Origin: Prosthecobacter sp.
GTDB taxonomy: Bacteria > Verrucomicrobiota > Verrucomicrobiia > Verrucomicrobiales > Verrucomicrobiaceae
Assembly: GCF_044222345.1 (NCBI RefSeq)
Contig: NZ_JBGANL010000005.1
Location: 66,784 to 90,783 of the forward strand
DNA: 24,000 bases
Reading direction: 5' to 3'
The position numbers and the translations under genes were made by a program. Position 1 is the stretch's first letter. Each line of letters begins with the position of its first letter. Below are positions 7,805 to 14,371 of the stretch, piece after piece. Below the pieces are notes generated by a model. That model was not told the origin of the DNA. It was given only the letters and a program-made list of their open reading frames with translations, and did not search any database.

Positions 7805-8259
7805 AACCTTGGACCCTGGCCAACACTCTCCTTGATCGCACCGCAGGTTATCTGGCAGATCCTTTTCTGCTCGGCATCCGCCTCTACTGGGGCTGGCAGT
7901 TTTTCCAGACTGGCAAAGGCAAGCTCAGTGACATCAGCGTACCCACCGCCTTCTTCACGGAGCTCGGCATTCCCTTTCCACAGCTCAATGCCTGCATGGC
8001 TGGTTGCACCGAGTGCCTTGGTGGGCTGCTGCTTCTGGTTGGCCTCTTTTCCCGAGTCACCTGCGTGCCCCTCATCTTTACCATGCTCGTCGCCTACAGC
8101 ACGGCGCACCTCGATGTGGTGAAGACGATCTGGGCGGATGCCGACTCCTTCGTCAGCGCGCCGCCGTTTCTTTTCCTGTTCGCTGCCGTGACGGTCTTCA
8201 TCTTTGGCCCAGGCAAGTTCTCGGTCGATGAACTGCTGCGCAGGTGGAAGGCCAGATGA
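7801..8259 (+). CDS. DoxX family membrane protein
   Basis: 152 aa with four hydrophobic helices. 'LGIRLYWGWQFFQTGKGKL' and 'LGIPFPQLNACMAGCTECLGGLLLLVGLFSRV' are DoxX-like. The start ATG overlaps the DUF2063 stop (ATGA at 7801-7804). Confidence 0.8.
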   Translation: MKPWTLANTLLDRTAGYLADPFLLGIRLYWGWQFFQTGKGKLSDISVPTAFFTELGIPFPQLNACMAGCTECLGGLLLLVGLFSRVTCVPLIFTMLVAYSTAHLDVVKTIWADADSFVSAPPFLFLFAAVTVFIFGPGKFSVDELLRRWKAR

Positions 8260-8266
8260 ATGCATC

Positions 8267-8620
8267 TCAAGGCATTCCCGCCTCCTGCTTCAATGCTTCA
8301 CGGATATGCTGGAGTGCTTCGGGGGAAAGAGCGGAAAGGATGTCTGTGTTTTCTTCGTGGCAGGCTGTGCAACGCAGAATGACGCGGAGGTTCTCGAGCT
8401 GCCTCGGCAATGGGCGGCAGACATGGCAGAGCAACGAGTGCAGGTGAAATCGCAGGTTTTCAGTCAAGCTGAGCGGGCGGTCGAGACGCAGAGATGTGAG
8501 CACGGCGAACTGACGGCAGGAGAGGCCAAGTAGCTTCATCATAGGCCACATCATGGCTTGCATGATCCGGTAGATCAGGCCCGGCGCGGGTGGTGCGTGT
8601 GAGTGTGCGGAAGTTTTCAT
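8267..8620 (-). CDS. cytoplasmic zinc-binding (ZAS-type, zf-HC2) anti-sigma factor
   Basis: C35-x25-H61-x3-C65-x2-C68 ('HSLLCHVC') matches the ZAS ligand pattern. A second 'CTACH' cluster lies near the C-terminus, and there is no convincing TM helix. ATGA overlap with the upstream sigma gene (8617-8620). Internal Met starts (e.g. 8542) are possible. Confidence 0.65.
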   Translation of the reverse strand: MKTSAHSHAPPAPGLIYRIMQAMMWPMMKLLGLSCRQFAVLTSLRLDRPLSLTENLRFHLHSLLCHVCRPLPRQLENLRVILRCTACHEENTDILSALSPEALQHIREALKQEAGMP

Positions 8621-9174
8621 GGGGTGATGCCGTGATATTGCAGACAGGCGCGAAGTTGGTGTCTGGCACGGGTGAGGAGCACGGCAGCGCTGCCAGGGGT
8701 GACTCCGGCGGCGGCGGCGGCTTCACCGACGGGGAGATTGTCCACTTCTCGCAGGGTGAAAAGCAGACGCAGGCGCTCGGGCAGGCGCTCGATGCAATTA
8801 CGCACCCAGTCGAGGACTTCGGAGCGTTGCGCTGTCTCGCCGGGAGATTCATTGAGCAGTTCGACGCCGTAGTTGGGATCAATACGCCAGGAACCGCGCG
8901 AATCGAACAATGTATCAAGCGGGTCGGTTCCCCAGTCGTTCTTTTCGTCTCGCCCAACGGATTGCGCGGTAGGGGTGCGTCTGGCACTGCGGAAGTGGTC
9001 GAGGATTTTGAACTTCATGATGCCGGTGAGCCAGGTGGAAAGGGTGGAACGACCATCGAAGTCATCGCGCTTTCGCCATGCGATGATGAGAGTGTCCTGC
9101 ACGAGGTCCTCTGCGTGCTGGTGGTCCTGGAGCCGCTGATAGGCATGATGGTAGAGTCGTGGTGCTTCGCTCAT
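8617..9174 (-). CDS. ECF-family RNA polymerase sigma factor
   Basis: Sigma-70 region 2 is 'HAEDLVQDTLIIAWRKRDDFDGRSTLSTWLTGIMKFKILDHFR'. The region 4 HTH is 'LRLLFTLREVDNLPVGEAAAAAGVTPGSAAVLLTRARHQL'. I set the start at Met22 of the track ORF (MSEAPRLYHH). Starts at 9201 or 9237 are not excluded. Confidence 0.85.
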   Translation of the reverse strand: MSEAPRLYHHAYQRLQDHQHAEDLVQDTLIIAWRKRDDFDGRSTLSTWLTGIMKFKILDHFRSARRTPTAQSVGRDEKNDWGTDPLDTLFDSRGSWRIDPNYGVELLNESPGETAQRSEVLDWVRNCIERLPERLRLLFTLREVDNLPVGEAAAAAGVTPGSAAVLLTRARHQLRACLQYHGITP

Positions 9175-9475
9175 CAGGATGTCGGCGGTAATTAGACACA
9201 TGCGGTTGAACATGGCGAAACAAAACACGCCCGCCACTGCGATGACAGGCGTATCCCGGAATAAACAGAAGGTGAGTGCCGGGTCTGCGCGCTGTAGTTG
9301 TACGAATGGCAGGTGGACTTGCCGTTGGGGAGTGTAAGCGCGAGCAGCGCTGCGATACGGAGAAGGCGGGCCGGGATGTGGATGTGCTTCATGTCTGGGT
9401 GCTTGTCGTTTTTGTCACCGCTTCGACAAGTGCGTGATTTGGAGGGCAAGTGTTGGTCGTTCGAAGCCGCGGGGT

Positions 9476-9518
9476 GTTAACGAGTTTTTTTTTGAAGCGG
9501 ACGAAGAAACTCGTTAAC
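9476..9518. promoter_or_regulatory. perfect 12-bp inverted repeat (candidate operator) in divergent intergenic region
   Basis: 'gttaacgagttt' (9476-9487) and 'aaactcgttaac' (9507-9518) are exact reverse complements separated by 19 nt. The left arm runs into a T9 tract (9485-9493). No U-run follows on either strand, so it is not a canonical terminator. Confidence 0.5.
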
Positions 9519-9520
9519 AT
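9492..9520 (+). promoter_or_regulatory. candidate sigma70-type promoter for the 9550-12966 operon
   Basis: 'ttgaag' (9492-9497), a 17-nt spacer, then 'taacat' (9515-9520). Each hexamer matches 4/6 of TTGACA/TATAAT. A T-tract lies upstream, and it sits ~30 nt upstream of ATG 9550. The right palindrome arm covers the spacer and -10. Confidence 0.3.
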
Positions 9521-9549
9521 TGGATTCACCTCTGACGGCTCATGCGGGT

Positions 9550-9687
9550 ATGAAATCATCACCTGCTTGCTCTAATGAAAAAAAATGCGGTCCATGCAGC
9601 CGTGGGCTGTGCCCCGGAACCATTATACTCGGCGTGGTCCTGCTTATGCAGGGCTGCATGGCGTTGTACCATTGGATGGTTGGCTGA
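9550..9687 (+). CDS. small (45 aa) Cys-rich single-pass membrane peptide, hypothetical
   Basis: My own translation: MKSSPACSNEKKCGPCSRGLCPGTIILGVVLLMQGCMALYHWMVG. It has an N-terminal C-x5-C-x2-C-x4-C cluster followed by one hydrophobic helix. It is below the 60-aa ORF-track cutoff. The first 11 codons are AT3-rich, atypical for this genome, so coding status is uncertain. Confidence 0.35.
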   Translation: MKSSPACSNEKKCGPCSRGLCPGTIILGVVLLMQGCMALYHWMVG

Positions 9688-9723
9688 GCATCACCTGCTG
9701 AAACTATATCCGAGCACCGCTTC

Positions 9724-9882
9724 ATGAAAGCCGCACTCTCCCTGTTTATCCGACGTCATTACGGATTCCTGCTCATTGTCGTTGGAGTCATCGCCTACGT
9801 CAGTGTTTCCGGCATGTTCGGTGCCTGCCCGATGTGTCGCGCCGTCACGAAGTCGGTGGGTTTGCCCTCGCTGACCAAATGA
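9724..9882 (+). CDS. small (52 aa) membrane protein with YgaP/DUF2892-like G-x-C-P motif
   Basis: My own translation: MKAALSLFIRRHYGFLLIVVGVIAYVSVSGMFGACPMCRAVTKSVGLPSLTK. The hydrophobic helix followed by 'FGACPMC...G' resembles the DUF2892 C-terminal motif. Codon usage is GC3-rich. Its TGA (9880-9882) overlaps the ATG (9879-9881) of the next gene. Confidence 0.5.
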   Translation: MKAALSLFIRRHYGFLLIVVGVIAYVSVSGMFGACPMCRAVTKSVGLPSLTK

Positions 9883-10451
9883 TGCTGAACATGATTGATG
9901 ATTCCGTAGCCACAGACAAGCCGCCATGCCTGTTTGAGGAAAACAACGCCATGCTGCTCTCGGGTGTTGCAGTGCTGGCCGGGCTGCGGCCGGAAGTGTA
10001 TGCATGCGTGGATTCACGCTGCCTCGGTGGCAGCATCGGCGGGCATGTGCGGCACTGTGTGGAGTTCTACCGCAGTTTTCTCACGGGACTAGACACGGGC
10101 TTTCTGGATTACGATGCACGGGCGCGTGATCCAAGGCTGGAAAATGACCCGAATTCGGCCTGCGAAGTGATGCGCCAGACGGCCAGGTGGCTGAGCGTGG
10201 CGGCTAGCCATGAGGACACGGATCGCAGCCTCAATATCGTGGAAAACCATGATGGAGGAGAGCCCGTTTGGTCGCCTTCAAGCGTGGGCCGTGAGCTGCG
10301 ATTCCTGTTGAGCCACACAGTGCATCACTACGCGCTCATCGCCATCCTGCTGCGGCTGCGAGGAATCAAGACGCCAGAAGGGTTTGGCATAGCTCCGTCC
10401 ACATTGCGCTATCGGAAGCGTCCAACCCCCTCTACACCATGTGCACGGTAA
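9879..10451 (+). CDS. DinB-fold (DinB_2-like) putative metalloenzyme
   Basis: 'GGSIGGHVRHCVEFYRSFL' and 'LLSHTVHHYALIAILLRLRG' look like the first and last His-bearing helices of the DinB four-helix bundle. I set the start at ATG 9879, coupled to the upstream stop. The track ORF starts at 9834. Confidence 0.6.
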   Translation: MMLNMIDDSVATDKPPCLFEENNAMLLSGVAVLAGLRPEVYACVDSRCLGGSIGGHVRHCVEFYRSFLTGLDTGFLDYDARARDPRLENDPNSACEVMRQTARWLSVAASHEDTDRSLNIVENHDGGEPVWSPSSVGRELRFLLSHTVHHYALIAILLRLRGIKTPEGFGIAPSTLRYRKRPTPSTPCAR

Positions 10452-11176
10452 GCTGGTCATACGGGGCCAGCGGGGGGCTGGCGCTATGCTTCAACCGCGA
10501 TGAGCAGCATGTGCGTGCCGCAGGATTGCCGGTGCAGATATGGGCGGGTGGTTTTCTCGCTCCGGTGGATGCCGAGGCAGGCGGGACGTGGCTGGCGGTG
10601 CGTCAGGATGGAATCTTGCTCGCCTTGTTGAACCATTATCCGCCAGGGTTCGCTCCATTTGCGAATGGTGTCAGCCGTGGCGCTTTGATTCCGGTGCTGG
10701 CGGCCCGGATTGAACGGCCCGGACTGCGTGCGCTGCGAGATTTGGTTTCAGCGCGCATGAATCCATTCCGCCTACTGCTGCTGGCGCCTGATGGCGAGCG
10801 CAGGGTGTTCACCTGGGATGGCAGCGCGTTCACCGGCCTGCGGGTCATTCGTGAATCGACGGGCATGCTCACCAGTTCATCTTGGAATACTGCGGCCGTG
10901 GTGGCGGCACGGCATGTGGCATTTCGTGGGTGGCGCAAAAGTCATCCGTCGCCAGCTTTGGCAGACCTGTGTGGGTTTCACTGTCAGGGGCAGCACCCGA
11001 GAGGCGGTGCCTGGGCCGTGTGCATGAGCCGGGAAGATGCGCGCAGCGTGAGCCTCAACACGCTGCATATTGCGGAGGGTCGTGCGGTGATGACGCACCA
11101 GATCCGCAAGCGGGGGGCGGACGGATTCGATGCCGACAGCCACACGATGCAAATACGCGTCTCCAACCGTAAATGA
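10439..11176 (+). CDS. NRDE family protein (TANGO2-like, N-terminal Cys)
   Basis: It begins 'MCTVSW' and carries the eponymous 'CFNRDE' motif at residues 17-22. Length of 245 aa is typical. It overlaps the DinB gene by 13 nt. Confidence 0.8.
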   Translation: MCTVSWSYGASGGLALCFNRDEQHVRAAGLPVQIWAGGFLAPVDAEAGGTWLAVRQDGILLALLNHYPPGFAPFANGVSRGALIPVLAARIERPGLRALRDLVSARMNPFRLLLLAPDGERRVFTWDGSAFTGLRVIRESTGMLTSSSWNTAAVVAARHVAFRGWRKSHPSPALADLCGFHCQGQHPRGGAWAVCMSREDARSVSLNTLHIAEGRAVMTHQIRKRGADGFDADSHTMQIRVSNRK

Positions 11177-12966
11177 ATATACCCCGGCCCTTCGTCAACA
11201 GCGCTGAACTACTGCCACAGGGGGCGCTGCGCCAGATTTATCGGCTTTTACTGCGCCCGCTGGTAGAACGGGCCTGCGGTTTTCATGCGCTCAATGCCAT
11301 CTATGCGCGCCTGCAAGGCCCGTACATGACGCCCCAGCGCTTTTGTGAGGAAGGTTTGCAGCATCTCGGGGTGGAGGTGGCGAGGCCCACGGATGATGAA
11401 CTTGGTCCGCTGCGCGACTGGAACGGGCCACTGGTGGTGATGGCGAACCACCCCTTTGGCGGCGCTGAGGCCCTGGCGATGATGCTGCTGCTTGAACGCA
11501 TCCGCCCAAGTGGCTGGCGCATGTTTGCCAACCGCGTGCTGGCTTCCACGCCGGAACTGGCGCCGCACCTTATTGCGGTGGATCCGTTTGCCCGGTTTCA
11601 GTCTGCCAACCGCCAGGGTATCAAGCAGGCGCAACGGTTTCTGGCAGATGGCGGCGTGCTGGGAGCATTCCCTGCCGGGCGCGTCTCTGGCTGGAGCGTG
11701 GCTTATGATTGTGTGCTCGACACACCGTGGAGCGATCATCCTGCGCGCCTCGCTGCCGCCACCGGTGCCGCCGTGGTGTTGCTGCAGGTGCCGGGCTGTA
11801 ACAACGGTCTGTTTTTGAAAGTGCCCATGTGCTGGCCGCGACTCCGTGCGCTCTTTCTCCCCCGCCAGATGTTACGATCCAACAAGCCCGCCATGCGCTT
11901 TCATATTGGCCCGGTGATGGACCCCGCGACGGCGGGCAGTCTCGTTCGTGCGGGAAATGCAGGAGCCAAGTTTCATGCACGCTGCCAGCTGCTTGCCGAG
12001 CTTCAAAACGAACCGCCGACGAGCAACGTGTCCGCAGTGCCGGACATCGCTCCGGCAGGTGATCCAATTGGGCTTCGAGAGGAGGTGGACGGGCTGAGCA
12101 GTGGTGCCGCACTCCTTTTTGAGCAGGGGCGTTTCACCGCGCTGCTGTTTCAAAAAGCCGAAGCCTCGAATCTGTTTCATGAGCTGTCACGGCTGCGGGA
12201 GATCACCTTCCGCGCATCCGGGCAGGGCGGTGGAGCAGCGGTGGACATCACCCCCGAGGACAACTACTACCACCAGCTCGTGCTGTGGGATCGCGAGAGG
12301 CAGCGTCTCGTCGGAGCCTATCGACTTGGTTTTACAGAAGAGGTGCTGCGGGAGCGTGGGCAGGAGGCGCTCTATTCGAGCCACGTCTTCCACATGCGTC
12401 CGGAGTTTTTCCAGCGCATCGGTCCGGGCATTGAGTTGACGCGTTCCTGCATACATCCCGACTACCAGCGTGATCCGCTGGCGCTGGCGCTGCTGTGGCG
12501 CGGATTGGGCAAGATCGTGGCCGCGCGTCCGCAAATACGCTGTCTGTTTGGCTCTGTCACCGTGCCCGCCACCTTGAGCGATGCTTCCCGAGCCATCCTC
12601 GTCGAACATTTGCGGCGGCATCATTCCGATGTGGCCGAGTTGCTGCCACTGGTGGTTCCAAAGCAGTCTTTTCAGCCCCCCGGCATTGCTCATCGGCTAA
12701 TTGCCGAGGCTCATCGGAACGACCCCATCGAGACGCTGCGTGATACAATTCGCTCTGCCGATGGCACTCCGCGCAGCATCCCGCCGCTCATCCGCCACTA
12801 CCTTTCCATGAACGCCAGGTTCCTCGCCTACCACGTTGAGCAAGACTTTGGCAACGCCCTATACTGTCTGTTGCGTGTTGACCTGTCGAAGGCTCCGCCC
12901 GCGCATCTGAACCGCTTTGTTGGCAGGGAAGCCGCTGCTGCACTGCTGAGAAAAAAAACACCATGA
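11173..12966 (+). CDS. fused lysophospholipid-type O-acyltransferase / GNAT N-acyltransferase (OlsF-like aminolipid synthase)
   Basis: The N-terminal half has 'VVMANHPFGGAEAL' (acyltransferase His motif) and 'GGVLGAFPAGRVS'. The C-terminal half has the OlsB/hemolysin-like GNAT pattern 'LREITFRASGQGGGAAVDITPEDNYYHQLVLWDRERQRLVGAYRL...ALYSSHVF...IELTRSCIHPDYQR...ALLWRGL'. ATGA overlap with the NRDE gene (11173-11176). Confidence 0.75.
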   Translation: MNIPRPFVNSAELLPQGALRQIYRLLLRPLVERACGFHALNAIYARLQGPYMTPQRFCEEGLQHLGVEVARPTDDELGPLRDWNGPLVVMANHPFGGAEALAMMLLLERIRPSGWRMFANRVLASTPELAPHLIAVDPFARFQSANRQGIKQAQRFLADGGVLGAFPAGRVSGWSVAYDCVLDTPWSDHPARLAAATGAAVVLLQVPGCNNGLFLKVPMCWPRLRALFLPRQMLRSNKPAMRFHIGPVMDPATAGSLVRAGNAGAKFHARCQLLAELQNEPPTSNVSAVPDIAPAGDPIGLREEVDGLSSGAALLFEQGRFTALLFQKAEASNLFHELSRLREITFRASGQGGGAAVDITPEDNYYHQLVLWDRERQRLVGAYRLGFTEEVLRERGQEALYSSHVFHMRPEFFQRIGPGIELTRSCIHPDYQRDPLALALLWRGLGKIVAARPQIRCLFGSVTVPATLSDASRAILVEHLRRHHSDVAELLPLVVPKQSFQPPGIAHRLIAEAHRNDPIETLRDTIRSADGTPRSIPPLIRHYLSMNARFLAYHVEQDFGNALYCLLRVDLSKAPPAHLNRFVGREAAAALLRKKTP

Positions 12967-13044
12967 ATCGGGAATAAACTCCCAAGACCCATACTCCTAC
13001 ACTCAACCTACCTGCATGGATGCGCTGATAAGACTCACAAAAGC

Positions 13045-13644
13045 ATGGAACTCACGTGTCACTTTGGCATTGAAATGCCTGCAACTCGCCCGATACCTCG
13101 ACGCGTGACTGACTCCGTGCCCAGCTTTGAGCAGATCGTGGACTCCCACTATCAGGGACTCTACCGCTTTGCCTTGAGCATGTGCCGACGTGAGGCCACC
13201 GCGCAGGATCTCGTGCAGCAGACCTTTCTGCAATGGGCAAAAAAAGGGCATACGCTGCGGGATGCTTCGAGGGTGAAGACCTGGTTGTTCACAACCATCT
13301 ACCGTGAGTGGCTTGGCATTGCCCGTCGCGAGAAAAAATACGAGGAGGTCGAATTTGAACCCGAGCAGCACGGTGCCATGCAGCACCATGATGATGGCGA
13401 AAACCCACGCGTAGACAGCGCCACGCTGCAAACGGCGCTCGAAGAACTGGAGCCAAACTACCGCGCACCGCTGGTGCTTTTTTACCTCAAGGAGCTATCC
13501 TACCGAGACATTGCCGAGACATTGGGTGTTCCCATCGGCACCGTCATGTCCCGCCTCTCCCGCGCCAAAGACAGCCTGCGCAGCATTCTCCGCCGCCTTG
13601 AAGAATCCGCCCCCTCCAACATCATCCCCTTATCCGCCTCGTGA
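13045..13644 (+). CDS. ECF-family RNA polymerase sigma factor (second copy)
   Basis: Region 2 is 'AQDLVQQTFLQWAKKGHTLRDASRVKTWLFTTIYREWLGIARR'. Region 4 is 'YRAPLVLFYLKELSYRDIAETLGVPIGTVMSRLSRAKDSLRSIL'. Alternative start at ATG 13075. Confidence 0.85.
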   Translation: MELTCHFGIEMPATRPIPRRVTDSVPSFEQIVDSHYQGLYRFALSMCRREATAQDLVQQTFLQWAKKGHTLRDASRVKTWLFTTIYREWLGIARREKKYEEVEFEPEQHGAMQHHDDGENPRVDSATLQTALEELEPNYRAPLVLFYLKELSYRDIAETLGVPIGTVMSRLSRAKDSLRSILRRLEESAPSNIIPLSAS

Positions 13645-14369
13645 ACCGCGAAGAAGCCAGACTCGAACTCGATGCCACGACGCTCCGCCCTCAGGACGCG
13701 TCGCCTGAGGCGCGTGCCATGGCCGGGAGCGATCCCGAGCTGGGTGCATGGCTGAAAAAACGCACCGAGTTTGATCAACAGGTCGCCGATGCCTTCGCTG
13801 CATCCTTGCCGGCTGGATTGCGTGAGAGCATTTTGCAAAATTCCAGGAAGCCCGTCAGGCGTCCCATCCGCTGGGTGCTGCCTGCATTGGCCGCTGCTGC
13901 CGCTGCCGTCGTGCTCAGTTGGACGATGTTCTGGCCCGTGAGCAATAGCATGCCCGGCTGGCAGGCTGAGTCGCTCGCCGCCGTGACGAAAGTCGAGTAC
14001 GGAATGCTCAAGGTGGATCACATGTCCCGAGATTTTGAAGCCATCAAAAAAATGCTCGTGACGGATCAATCTCCGACACCGCTGCGTCTGCCTGGCACGG
14101 TGGGGAGCATGCCCGTGCTGGCCTGCAAATGCATCAAAGTTGCTGGTCGCAAGGCATCCATCATTTGCTTTGAAATTGAGCCTGGCAAAGAGGCGCATCT
14201 GGTCGTGGTGGAAAACACAGGGCTCACCGGTTTGCCGCCTCAACTTCAGCCGCAGTTCAAAACGAGCAAAAACTGGAACATGGCCAGTTGGAGCGATGGC
14301 AGCCAAACCTTTCTGCTCGCGACGACGGCAGATGAAGCGGCGTTGAAAAAACTGTTTGGGCTGGCTTGA
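13641..14369 (+). CDS. putative single-pass membrane anti-sigma factor
   Basis: The GTG start overlaps the sigma stop (GTGA at 13641-13644). It has a ~75-aa cytoplasmic N-domain, one TM ('WVLPALAAAAAAVVLSWTMFWPV') and a ~145-aa periplasmic domain. The call rests on position and topology; there is no ZAS motif. Confidence 0.55.
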   Translation: MNREEARLELDATTLRPQDASPEARAMAGSDPELGAWLKKRTEFDQQVADAFAASLPAGLRESILQNSRKPVRRPIRWVLPALAAAAAAVVLSWTMFWPVSNSMPGWQAESLAAVTKVEYGMLKVDHMSRDFEAIKKMLVTDQSPTPLRLPGTVGSMPVLACKCIKVAGRKASIICFEIEPGKEAHLVVVENTGLTGLPPQLQPQFKTSKNWNMASWSDGSQTFLLATTADEAALKKLFGLA

Positions 14370-14371
14370 GG

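Noticed and set aside
9192-9392. Possible 66-aa signal-peptide ORF (MKHIHIPARLLRIAALLALTLPNG...) upstream of the ECF sigma gene on the - strand
   Set aside because: The first half has coding-like GC3 but the second half does not. It has no SD-like sequence and no recognisable family. It also overlaps the candidate sigma promoter motif. I cannot support it without conservation or ribosome-profiling data.
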